Positions 46,289 through 54,876 of a stretch of DNA of 64,000 nucleotides are shown here, piece after piece (position 1 is the stretch's first letter; each line of letters starts with the position of its first letter). The position numbers and the translations under genes were made by a program. Below the pieces are notes generated by a model. It was not told the DNA's origin and did no database searches. It worked only from the letters and a program-made list of their open reading frames with translations. The stretch comes from Pirellulales bacterium (GTDB lineage Bacteria > Planctomycetota > Planctomycetia > Pirellulales > JAICIG01): NCBI GenBank assembly GCA_035550375.1, contig DASZPH010000107.1, forward strand, positions 23,245 to 87,244. Direction: 5' to 3'.

Positions 46289-47836
46289 CCCAGATGCTGC
46301 GGGACGAACCTCCCGCTCCTGAAGCCGGTAGATACGGTAATCATCTCCTTCGCGGACGATCGGCAGCGTGGCAAGGATGCGGACCGCGGGTCCGTGGTCG
46401 GCCGACGGCAAATCGGCGACGACGAGCAATCGGGCGCCCTGCTGCCGGCAGGTGTCCAGTTTCTCTGCCAACTGGCGGTCGTTGGTCGACAAGGCCCAAC
46501 CGGGCCGGTCACAGTAATAGAGCAAATCGCAACCCGCGCCGTGCAGCGTCGCCACGGGCTCGGTTGGTGCAAGCATTTTGCGGGCCGCCGCGGCAGCCGC
46601 CGTGACGGCGCGGTCTTCGCTCGGCGTGCTGAACGCCGGCGCGACCGATAGCACGAGCGAACATCCTGCACCAAGCAGCAGGCAAATGGCTCCCGCAACG
46701 CCGGGCCGCGACACACGATCGGCGAGCCGTTCCCAACCCAGGCCGGCCAAGACCGCCAGCGCTGGAACCAATACCAGGGTGTAGTACCGCAGCTCAAAGA
46801 ACTTGCCGGGCAACACGATCACGAGCAGTGCCATCGCGCTCAGCCACGCAACGTGGCGCCGGGCGGCGGACGAAATCATTCCTAACGCGGCTAGCACTAG
46901 CCCCACCGGGGTCGCACCGGCGCCCGCCAGATCGCATAACAACCGGAAGTAGAACCCGCCGGACCAGAGAAGTGAAAATGACTCCTTTTGCGCCGCACCG
47001 CTGCGATAAAGCGAGTAGTAGACGTGCGTCGGATCGTCGGCCGTGGCCAGGTACAACGTCATCGCGCACCAACACAGCGCGGGAGCCAGGCCCAAGACTG
47101 CGAGGCCGACGCTGCCAAGCAACCACCGCCTCCGCTCGTTGATCGGCACGCCGGCCGTCTTCTGCCGTGCCAGCGCCGCCATCGGGAGCAGGAGTACGGC
47201 CATGTAAATCTTCGTACACAACAGGGCCGCCAGGCTGATGGCGGCGAACGCGAACCAGCCGCTACGGGCCGTGGCAAGCCATCGCTGCGTACACCAAAGG
47301 CTCGACAGCATGAAGAATACCAGCGACGGTTCGAGCATGAAGCTCTGCCCGAAGATGATCGAGGCCGGCGACAGCGCCAGCACCAGCGCGGCCGCCCAGG
47401 CGGCCCTGGCGGAGTGCCAGTCGCGAACCAGAAGAAACAACAACCAGACGCCCGCGGCGCTGAATGCCACCGAAACCGCCCTCCCCCACATGTCAAGCGA
47501 GCCGCCGCACAGCGCCCAGCCTGTCCCGGCCACGTAAGCCGCCAGCGGGATCTCGAGCAAGTGCCAGCCGCGCCCTCCGCCGACCATGCAGTCGGTAGTC
47601 GGTAGCCAAAACGGGCAACGCCCCATCGCCCAGTTTCGAGCGATCATGGCATACATCACATTCTTGGTGGCGAAATGGCCGAGCAAGGGGCGTCCAACGC
47701 CAGCGATGCGCACGACGACCGTCAGGCAGACCAGCGTCGCGATCGCCAGCCGAGTCGTGCTGGTGGCGTTCAGGCAGGTGAACTGGGCTATCCGCAAAAC
47801 CTGCGACGAATGGCGATTCTCGACGGCCACATCCAT
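46265..47836 (-). CDS. GT-C fold glycosyltransferase (ArnT / PMT_2, family 39-like) integral membrane protein, 523 aa
   Basis: About 11 hydrophobic segments in the first ~400 aa, followed by a soluble C-terminal domain. The early-loop motif region is ...GHFATKNVMYAMIARNW.... Its 3' end overlaps the convergent 553-aa gene by 24 nt. Confidence 0.7.
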   Translation of the reverse strand: MDVAVENRHSSQVLRIAQFTCLNATSTTRLAIATLVCLTVVVRIAGVGRPLLGHFATKNVMYAMIARNWAMGRCPFWLPTTDCMVGGGRGWHLLEIPLAAYVAGTGWALCGGSLDMWGRAVSVAFSAAGVWLLFLLVRDWHSARAAWAAALVLALSPASIIFGQSFMLEPSLVFFMLSSLWCTQRWLATARSGWFAFAAISLAALLCTKIYMAVLLLPMAALARQKTAGVPINERRRWLLGSVGLAVLGLAPALCWCAMTLYLATADDPTHVYYSLYRSGAAQKESFSLLWSGGFYFRLLCDLAGAGATPVGLVLAALGMISSAARRHVAWLSAMALLVIVLPGKFFELRYYTLVLVPALAVLAGLGWERLADRVSRPGVAGAICLLLGAGCSLVLSVAPAFSTPSEDRAVTAAAAAARKMLAPTEPVATLHGAGCDLLYYCDRPGWALSTNDRQLAEKLDTCRQQGARLLVVADLPSADHGPAVRILATLPIVREGDDYRIYRLQEREVRPAASGLVQVAND

Positions 47837-47957
47837 CGGGCGATCCAGCGAGAAGATTTGTGGAAAAAGATGCTGGTTGGGTGGATTGTTCGGACGAATA
47901 TATCGCTACGGATCATCTCTACCCAGATCGTTCCGGTCAGGAACGGAAGGAAATCTG

Positions 47958-48497
47958 ATGGGCTTCCGACGTTGGTTGGTCGTTGGACTGTGCTTCTGCG
48001 TCTTCTGCGGCTGCAAGAGCGCCCAGAGCTATTACGACTATTGCGGGCCAATGCCCGATGAGGGAGGCGACTTCCTGTATCGGAAGAATTCGGTCCTTGG
48101 CGGCGATCCGTCCATGAAGCGAGCCGACGAGGAAGCGCCCGACGAACAAGCCACGCCGGATGAAGAAACGGGCCCCGAGCCGACCCCCGCCCCTCCCGTT
48201 GGTGAAGGGCCAGGGCCGGGTGTGGATATGGACGAGGATCTACCCACAATCGCCCCAGAAACAAGGCTGGACGGAGCTGCCGATGAACGGGGCGACGATG
48301 AACTTGAAGGGGTGGCCGACGATGAGTTGGACCCCGAATCGGAAGACGAACTGACGGAGTCGCAGGACGATTTGGACGACGAAGTCGCGCAGGGCGGAAA
48401 CGGCGGTAGCAAGCCGTCGGCATCGGCGCTCGATTGGCACGCGCGGGGGAAGGACCGCCGCTCACCGATCCAGCAGGTCCGTTTTCGAGCCGAGTGA
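47958..48497 (+). CDS. Highly acidic probable lipoprotein / secreted disordered protein (179 aa from ATG 47958)
   Basis: MGFRRWLVVGLCFCVFCGCKS has a signal peptide with a Cys-rich lipobox-like end. The remainder is D/E/P/G-rich (DEEAPDEQATPDEETGPEP...DDELEGVADDELDPESEDELTESQDDLDDE). GGAAGGAAA lies upstream. The track ORF start at 47586 was rejected. Confidence 0.6.
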   Translation: MGFRRWLVVGLCFCVFCGCKSAQSYYDYCGPMPDEGGDFLYRKNSVLGGDPSMKRADEEAPDEQATPDEETGPEPTPAPPVGEGPGPGVDMDEDLPTIAPETRLDGAADERGDDELEGVADDELDPESEDELTESQDDLDDEVAQGGNGGSKPSASALDWHARGKDRRSPIQQVRFRAE

Positions 48498-48536
48498 CCA
48501 CTTTACTTCGCTCGTGCGGCCGGTTGTAATCGGTCC

Positions 48537-50012
48537 ATGAGCGAAGCCGCCGAGCCGTACGACCCCTATGCCCTGCCGGCGGATGCGGTGCGCGAACCGC
48601 CCGCTGGCCTTTGGACCGCACTGAGGCAGATCGGCCCCGGCATCATTCTCGCCGGCAGCATCATCGGCACGGGCGAGCTACTGCAGACGACCAAGATGGG
48701 GGCCGAGCATGGCTTCTCTTTTCTTTGGCTGCTGCTTTTCAGTTGCGTGGCCAAAGTCTTCATCCAGGTCGAGCTGGGCCGCCACTCGCTGTCGTCAGGG
48801 CAGCCCACGCTGACGGCGCTCGATCAGCTTCCCGGGCCGCGGCTGGGTGCGCATTGGCTCGTCTGGTGGTGGTTTTTCATGCTGCTGGCCACGGTCTTCC
48901 AACTTGGTGCCATGGTGGGCGGCGTCGGTCAAGCCATGCACCTGTTCTGGCCGCAGAGCAACGACGCCATCGTCGAGTGGCTCCAACCCGTTTCACCTTA
49001 TCTGGCCCGGCAGTGCCTCGATCATCCCTCCTACCCGTGGGCCATCCCCACCGTCCTGGTGGCGATTGGACTATTGCTCAGCGGGGGCTACAAGCGCATT
49101 GAAGCGATTACGACGGTGCTCGTGGTGGCGGTGACAGGCGTGACCGTGGCCTGCGTGCTTGCCCTCCCCTTCACGGGCTACTCGATTCCCTGGGGCGACG
49201 TGGGCCGAGGGTTGATCGTTTCGCTTCCCGAGGGCAATAAGGGGATCGCGATCGCCTTCTCGGTGTTCGGCATCACGGGCGTCGGTGCGGCCGAATTGTT
49301 CGCCTATCCTTATTGGTGCCTGGAAAAAGGATACGGCCGGTACACGGGCGCGCGTCAGCAAAGCGAGGAATGGGCCAGGCGCGCCCGCGGGTGGATGCGC
49401 GTGATGTCTCTCGACGCCTGGGTGAGCATGGTGGTGTTTACCGTGGCAACCATTTCTTTCTACGTCATGGGCGCCGGCGTGCTGCACCGGCTCGGCCTGA
49501 TTCCGGAAAAAGACCACATGATGGAGCAGCTCGCCCAGATGTACGTGCAGGCGTTTGGGCATCCCTGGACAAAGACGCTTTTCCTCATCGGCGGCAGCGT
49601 CGTGCTGTTCAAAACGCTTTACGTGGCGACCGCCAGCAACAGCCGGCTTTCGGCCGATTTCGTCCGCCTGGCGAGAATCGCCCGGCATCCCCACGACGCC
49701 GCCCGCATCCGCTGGGTCAACCGGTTTTGCGTCCTCTATCCGCTGTTGGCGCTGGCCCTCTTTCTGTTCTTCGGGGACCCGGCGTTCATGGTGCTGCTGG
49801 GTGGGTTCGCCCAGGCGGCCACGCTGCCGGTGATTTCAGGGGCGGCGCTCTACCTGCGCTTTCGTCGGACCGACCGGCGGCTGGCGCCCTCGCAGTTCAC
49901 CAACGTTTGCGTCTGGCTGGCGTTTTTGACCATCACGGCGGCCGCGATTTACTCCGTGCCAAAAAGCCTGGAAGACATCTGGGCCGCGCTGCTGGATATT
50001 TTGCGACGCTGA
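48537..50012 (+). CDS. NRAMP-family divalent metal cation transporter-like protein, 491 aa
   Basis: GPGIILAGSIIGTGELLQTTKMGAEHGFSFLWLLLF resembles the NRAMP TM1 region (GPG...A....D.G). About 11 TM segments. The canonical DPGN is replaced by IGTGE, so it belongs to a divergent subgroup. Confidence 0.7.
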   Translation: MSEAAEPYDPYALPADAVREPPAGLWTALRQIGPGIILAGSIIGTGELLQTTKMGAEHGFSFLWLLLFSCVAKVFIQVELGRHSLSSGQPTLTALDQLPGPRLGAHWLVWWWFFMLLATVFQLGAMVGGVGQAMHLFWPQSNDAIVEWLQPVSPYLARQCLDHPSYPWAIPTVLVAIGLLLSGGYKRIEAITTVLVVAVTGVTVACVLALPFTGYSIPWGDVGRGLIVSLPEGNKGIAIAFSVFGITGVGAAELFAYPYWCLEKGYGRYTGARQQSEEWARRARGWMRVMSLDAWVSMVVFTVATISFYVMGAGVLHRLGLIPEKDHMMEQLAQMYVQAFGHPWTKTLFLIGGSVVLFKTLYVATASNSRLSADFVRLARIARHPHDAARIRWVNRFCVLYPLLALALFLFFGDPAFMVLLGGFAQAATLPVISGAALYLRFRRTDRRLAPSQFTNVCVWLAFLTITAAAIYSVPKSLEDIWAALLDILRR

Positions 50013-50070
50013 AGGCTGATCCAACGTTGACTAACCCTCTCCAAAAGGGCGTCATGGAAGGCGGAAACCG

Positions 50071-51021
50071 TCATTCCTTTCGGTAGACGGCGCCCTGGTC
50101 CACCAGCTCAAAGCCGAGCTTTTCATAGAGCTTCAGAGCGGGTTGATTCCAGCACATCGCTTGCACCTGCATGACCGCCGTCCCTTGTGCGGCCAATTGA
50201 CGCATGACGTCGGCCACAAGGTAAGTCGCCATTCCCTGCCGCCGAAAGGCCTCGTCGACTTCGAGCCCGATCAGGCCGGCGGCGCGTAGCCCCCAGCTTG
50301 TAGAGAGAGGCTCGATGGTCCACGTCGTCGCGCTGGCCACCAGACGACACTCGCCGCGCAGGGACAGCTCATAACGGGTCGCGTCCAACCCGCTCCAGGC
50401 GCAGGCTTCCCACCAGTTGGCCGGGGGCGGATCGACAACCGTCGTGACGGTGGATCGTCGGCGAACTTGCATCTGGTTGCGATCGATCGGAGGCCGAAAA
50501 CCAGCCAGCTTCCTTTCCAAGATGTGAACTCGATCGATCTCACGATACCCGTGCGACTGAAACAGCCGTTGCTCGGCGGAATCCGTGTCGAGAATGCCGG
50601 GCAGCTCGCTGCCGCCATAAAGCCCCAGGTAGAAGCCGTTCAGAGGCGCGATGCCGCCCCCATAAATCACCTGCGCGCCGCGCCGCCGCAGGTAGTCTTC
50701 GCTGCGCGCCAGCAACTCGGCTCCGATTCCCTGTCCACGATACTGTGGCAGCACCATCACCAGACAGGTGATGCCGCACTGCGTCGAGAGTTTTTGTCCC
50801 CCTTCGTTGGGGCCGAAGGCCGCGTGGGCAAAACCGACGGGGTGACCGTCGTCGACGGCCACGATCAGGCCGGCGTTGTCGAAGTAGGGCTTCGACAGTA
50901 CTAGCTGCTCAAACAGGGCGGCCGACATCCGCTGGATGCGGCCGTGCTCCTCAGGCTGACTGCGCCAAATCTCGGCTAACGCGGGCGGGTCGCTGTTGTG
51001 GAACGTCCGGTAGTGAATCAA
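50071..51021 (-). CDS. Tandem GNAT-domain N-acetyltransferase, 316 aa, TTG start
   Basis: Two acetyl-CoA motifs (VLPQYRGQGIGAELL and VDEAFRRQGMATYLV). The TTG start (51021..51019) has GGAGGG 6 nt upstream and overlaps the Rieske gene stop (TTGA). Confidence 0.8.
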   Translation of the reverse strand: MIHYRTFHNSDPPALAEIWRSQPEEHGRIQRMSAALFEQLVLSKPYFDNAGLIVAVDDGHPVGFAHAAFGPNEGGQKLSTQCGITCLVMVLPQYRGQGIGAELLARSEDYLRRRGAQVIYGGGIAPLNGFYLGLYGGSELPGILDTDSAEQRLFQSHGYREIDRVHILERKLAGFRPPIDRNQMQVRRRSTVTTVVDPPPANWWEACAWSGLDATRYELSLRGECRLVASATTWTIEPLSTSWGLRAAGLIGLEVDEAFRRQGMATYLVADVMRQLAAQGTAVMQVQAMCWNQPALKLYEKLGFELVDQGAVYRKE

Positions 51022-51335
51022 CGGTGACCCTCCAAGTCAATCAAAACATCGCTCCCTTCGATGCGCAGGGGGAAAGTCCGTTGCACAACCGTATGGCTCG
51101 TCTTGTGCCGTCCGCTCGCAACGTCGAACTGCCAACCATGCCAGGGGCAGGAGACGGTGCCGCCCTCCAGGCAGCCCTTGGCCAGCGGGCCTCCCTGGTG
51201 GGGACAGACTCCGTCCAAAGCGTAGTATTCACCATCCATGTTGAATAAAGCGACGAGATGCTCGCCGGCCAGGCACTCGATGCCCGCGCCGCTGGGGCAA
51301 TCGGCCACGTCTGCAATCCGGATCCATTTAGCCAT
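51018..51335 (-). CDS. Small Rieske [2Fe-2S] protein (NirD / ferredoxin-subunit-like), 105 aa from ATG 51335
   Basis: CPHQGGPL ... CPWHGWQF is the Rieske CxH...CxxH ligand set. The ATG at 51335 (AGGA upstream) is preferred over the GTG at 51383. Confidence 0.75.
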   Translation of the reverse strand: MAKWIRIADVADCPSGAGIECLAGEHLVALFNMDGEYYALDGVCPHQGGPLAKGCLEGGTVSCPWHGWQFDVASGRHKTSHTVVQRTFPLRIEGSDVLIDLEGHR

Positions 51336-51537
51336 TCCATCCTTAAATATAGGACGGGCGTCAAAGGCGGTAAAACCCTGCACCGAGCGCCCAGCCGTGA
51401 GTTATGGTTGGTTGTAGCATGTGCGTTTCCGCGCAGGTATTTTCGCCACGCGACGTCCCGTGCAACCAACGAGGCATGCCTCCATGCGCGCCATCCACGC
51501 GTATGTCCTAGCCTTAGACTGCAAAAGGTTTGAATGA

Positions 51538-52896
51538 ATGACAGGGTTCGTACTGGGCCTGTTGTTCGGGGTGTCGATCGCCGGAGGATCGCTGTACGCC
51601 GTTTACCTGTGGGCCAGCGCCACGCACAGAATCCATCCCGACCTTGCCGAAGCTCCAGCCCCTGTCAAGCAGACACCGGCCGCCGTCAAGTCCGCTCGCC
51701 TGCCCGCCGAGGCTGTCTCCCGCAGCCCGCGATCGCGCGCCGCAAAAACACCCGCGGCGCGGGAGGAGCAGACGGCGACACCGACTAGCGAGGCGATCTG
51801 GCTCGGTGAACTGAGCGATCGGATCGAGGGGGAAATTGGCTCGCACACCTTCCGCCTTCAAGAGATCAGTGCCGCGCTGAGCGACGCCAGGCAAGGAGAG
51901 CCCGACCTGGTGCTCGATGCGGCCTCGCGAATCATGCTGGCCAACCAGCAGTTGCAGGCCGAATTGGCCGCCGCCCGGACCGAGATCGAAGAGCACCGCC
52001 AGAAGGTCAAGGAGCTTTCGGCCGAGGCCCGCACCGACCCGCTTACGGGGCTGGCCAACCGCCGGGCTTTTACCGAAGACATGAGCCGGAGGATCGAGCA
52101 GTGGCGGCGGCATAAGGTGCCGCTTAGCCTCATCATGGTCGACGTCGACCATTTCAAGAGCATCAACGATCGCTACACGCACGCGGGGGGAGACACCGCC
52201 TTGCGGCACATGGGCGACTTGCTGCGCGGCGCGCTGCGCGAAATGGATATTCCGGTGCGTTACGGGGGCGAGGAGTTTGCCATCATTCTGCCCGGCACGC
52301 GAATGCAGGAAGCGCTCAACGTGGCCGAACGGCTGCGGGCCACGATCGCCAGCCGTGGATTTGTGTTTGAGGGCCAGACGATTCCGATCACAGCCAGCCT
52401 GGGGCTGGCCACGGCCTCGGCCGAGGACACGCTCGCCTCGATCGTGGAACGGGCCGATACGGCGCTGTACGCCGCCAAACAGGCGGGCCGCAATCGGGCC
52501 TATGTGCACGACGGTGGCACGCGCCAGCCCATCGGTTCCGACAAAGCCGTCTTACGCCATCCCTTCCGCGACCTGCAGAAAATCGCCCCCTACAAGGTGG
52601 GCGGCCCCCTGCCCTCCGCCGGCGAGTTTTATCCGGTGCGCTGCTATGACCTGTCGGTCAAGGGAATCTCGTTCCTATCGCCGGCGCCCCCCGATTTCCG
52701 GGCCCTGGTGGTGAGGCTTGGCAACCCGCCGGACGTCCGCTACATGATTTCGAGCATCTGCCACGTGGCGCCGATGGTCTGCGGCGACGAGCAGCTCTAC
52801 CGCGTCGGCTGCACGTTCGTCTCGCGTCTCGACCCCGACGAGATTCATCCGGGCCCGCCTGAGCCGGAGGACGCCGAGTCGATCGCGGGCGTGTAG
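51538..52896 (+). CDS. Membrane-anchored diguanylate cyclase (GGDEF, with I-site) fused to a C-terminal PilZ domain
   Basis: N-terminal TM segment (FVLGLLFGVSIAGGSLYAVYLW) and a coiled coil. Then DPLTGLANRRAF...VDVDHFKSINDRYTHAGGD...REMDIPVRYGGEEF, where RxxD lies 5 aa before GGEEF (52264..52278). The C-terminus has RHPFR (RxxxR) followed 27 aa later by DLSVKG (DxSxxG). Confidence 0.85.
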   Translation: MTGFVLGLLFGVSIAGGSLYAVYLWASATHRIHPDLAEAPAPVKQTPAAVKSARLPAEAVSRSPRSRAAKTPAAREEQTATPTSEAIWLGELSDRIEGEIGSHTFRLQEISAALSDARQGEPDLVLDAASRIMLANQQLQAELAAARTEIEEHRQKVKELSAEARTDPLTGLANRRAFTEDMSRRIEQWRRHKVPLSLIMVDVDHFKSINDRYTHAGGDTALRHMGDLLRGALREMDIPVRYGGEEFAIILPGTRMQEALNVAERLRATIASRGFVFEGQTIPITASLGLATASAEDTLASIVERADTALYAAKQAGRNRAYVHDGGTRQPIGSDKAVLRHPFRDLQKIAPYKVGGPLPSAGEFYPVRCYDLSVKGISFLSPAPPDFRALVVRLGNPPDVRYMISSICHVAPMVCGDEQLYRVGCTFVSRLDPDEIHPGPPEPEDAESIAGV

Positions 52897-53042
52897 GCGG
52901 AGACAGAACTCATGCCCCGCTCGTGCCGTATCCGCACATAGTCGGTTGGAGACAAGCGAGCGAAGCAACCCGCTGCCGACCGGCACGGTCGCATTCGAGC
53001 GTCATCTTTGGCTTGCGAAGCCGGCCCGGCTAAACTTGGCTC

Positions 53043-53531
53043 ATGGGCAACGACCTCGCATTACGCCGCAAATGGACTCTTCGGGCTCACGGCCGGCAGA
53101 TGGTCTTCGTCAAGCGACCCCACGAGCAGACGTCTCATGTCGTCATGAAGGCGCTTCTCTGGGGGCTGTACTTGCCGCACTATCCCGACCTGTCGATCGA
53201 GACTCCGCTCGCCGATCGCTACGAGCCCGACGTAGTCAGCATCGGCGCCGACCGGCATCCGCAATTTTGGGGTGAGGCCGGCCAGGTCACCCCCGCCAAG
53301 ATTCGGTCACTCGCCAGGCGATATCGCAAAACCCATTTCGCGATCTCGAAATGGGCCACTCGCCTGGCGCCGCACCTGACGATCATCGAGAAGGCCATCG
53401 CCGAGATCGAGCGGTCGGCTCCCTTCGACTTGTTGATCTTCCCCGAGGACGCGGCCGACCGGTTCATCGACGAGTCGGGCACGGTGCGGGTCACACACGA
53501 CGATTTGGAATGGGTGCGAATTGAACCGTGA
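53043..53531 (+). CDS. YaeQ-like PD-(D/E)xK-fold protein, 162 aa
   Basis: HEQTSHVVMKALLWGLY...YEPDVVS...FWGEAGQVTPAKIRSL parallels E. coli YaeQ (HPSETQERMMLRLLAWLKY...DEPEAWL...LWIELGLPDERRIKKA). This is similarity by eye only. Confidence 0.45.
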   Translation: MGNDLALRRKWTLRAHGRQMVFVKRPHEQTSHVVMKALLWGLYLPHYPDLSIETPLADRYEPDVVSIGADRHPQFWGEAGQVTPAKIRSLARRYRKTHFAISKWATRLAPHLTIIEKAIAEIERSAPFDLLIFPEDAADRFIDESGTVRVTHDDLEWVRIEP

Positions 53532-53588
53532 CAACCTCGGCGAGGGCAGCCCGTCTCGGCACATAACTTCTTTCCGCAGGACCCAGCC

Positions 53589-54785
53589 ATGCATCGACGC
53601 AGCTTTCTGGCGGCCACCACCGGGACACTTCTCGCCGGCAAGCTTAACGGCGCCGAGCTGCCCGACGACGTCAAGATCACGCGCGTCGTCGGCTTCAACC
53701 TGACCAGCCGACGGAACAAACTGGCCGGCAAGAACGCCCGGCTCGACGTCCACGGCGACCGCGGCCACGATCGGATGCTGCGGATTGACACCAACTCGGG
53801 CGTGCAAGGCATCGGCAACTCCGCGATCGACAAAGAAACAGCAGCCGGATTGCTCGGCAAGAATCCGCTTGAGTTCTACCGTCCGGACGAGCGGCGCGTC
53901 GTCGGGCCGTTCGGCGCCGGTACGATGCCGCTCTGGGATCTTGCCGGCAGGCTTCTGAAGAAACCGGCCTACGAGCTGCTCGGCGGCGAGGGGGCAACGC
54001 AGGTTCCGGCCTACGACGGATCGATCTACTTCGCCGATCTGCTGCCGCAGTACGCCAGCCGCTGGACCGACCGGTTTCGCGAAGAGATCGACCTGGGGCT
54101 GACGCTCGGCCATCGGGGATTCAAGATCAAAGTGGGACGAGGCTTTAAATGGATGCCGCGCGATGAGGGGAATCGGCGCGACGTGGAAGTCGTCAAGCTG
54201 ATCCGCAAGCACGCAGGAAAAGACGTCCTGCTGGGCATCGACGCCAACAACGGCTACGACCTCGCCGGAGCCAAGCTGCTGCTCGACGAATTGGCCGAAG
54301 ACAAGCTGGCCTTCGCCGAAGAGCTCTTTCCGGAGACGGTCGACGAATGCCTGGAGCTGAAGGCTTTCATCCGCGAGCGCGGCTGGCAGACTCTCGTAGC
54401 CGACGGCGAGACGCAGCACGAACTGGCGGCCTACGAGCCTTTCATCAAAGCCGGCGCCATCGACGTCTTTCAAGGCGACATGAACCATTTCGGCCTCGAC
54501 GGCATTCTGCAGGAGGCCGCGACGGCCAAGCCGCACGGCGGCCGAATCGCGCCGCACAACTGGGGATCGCTCATCGGTTTCTACATGGAGCTGCACATGG
54601 GGCGGGCCGTCAAGAATTTCTATCGTGCGGAGCACGATCCTCTGGAGAGCAACGTGATCGTGGCTGACGGTTACCAGATCAAGGACGGCAGCGTCCGCGT
54701 TCCCGATGCGCCCGGTTTCGGATTGTCGGTCAACGAAGATGCCTTCGCTCGCGAGGCGGAAATCCGATTCGACGTGCAGGTCTAA
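53589..54785 (+). CDS. Enolase-superfamily enzyme (mandelate racemase / muconate lactonizing family) with a Tat-type leader
   Basis: MHRRSFLAATTGTLLAG leader. PLWDLAGRLLKKPAYELLGG, a KxK motif (FKIKVG), and metal ligands in GIDANNGY, AFAEELFP and LVADGET. Confidence 0.8.
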   Translation: MHRRSFLAATTGTLLAGKLNGAELPDDVKITRVVGFNLTSRRNKLAGKNARLDVHGDRGHDRMLRIDTNSGVQGIGNSAIDKETAAGLLGKNPLEFYRPDERRVVGPFGAGTMPLWDLAGRLLKKPAYELLGGEGATQVPAYDGSIYFADLLPQYASRWTDRFREEIDLGLTLGHRGFKIKVGRGFKWMPRDEGNRRDVEVVKLIRKHAGKDVLLGIDANNGYDLAGAKLLLDELAEDKLAFAEELFPETVDECLELKAFIRERGWQTLVADGETQHELAAYEPFIKAGAIDVFQGDMNHFGLDGILQEAATAKPHGGRIAPHNWGSLIGFYMELHMGRAVKNFYRAEHDPLESNVIVADGYQIKDGSVRVPDAPGFGLSVNEDAFAREAEIRFDVQV

Positions 54786-54876
54786 TGACGCGGCCGCTCG
54801 CCGCCCCGAGACAGGTGCACGCCACCGCCGTTGCCGCTACGATACGGGCACTTGTCTCAGCGCCTGGAGTGATGCT

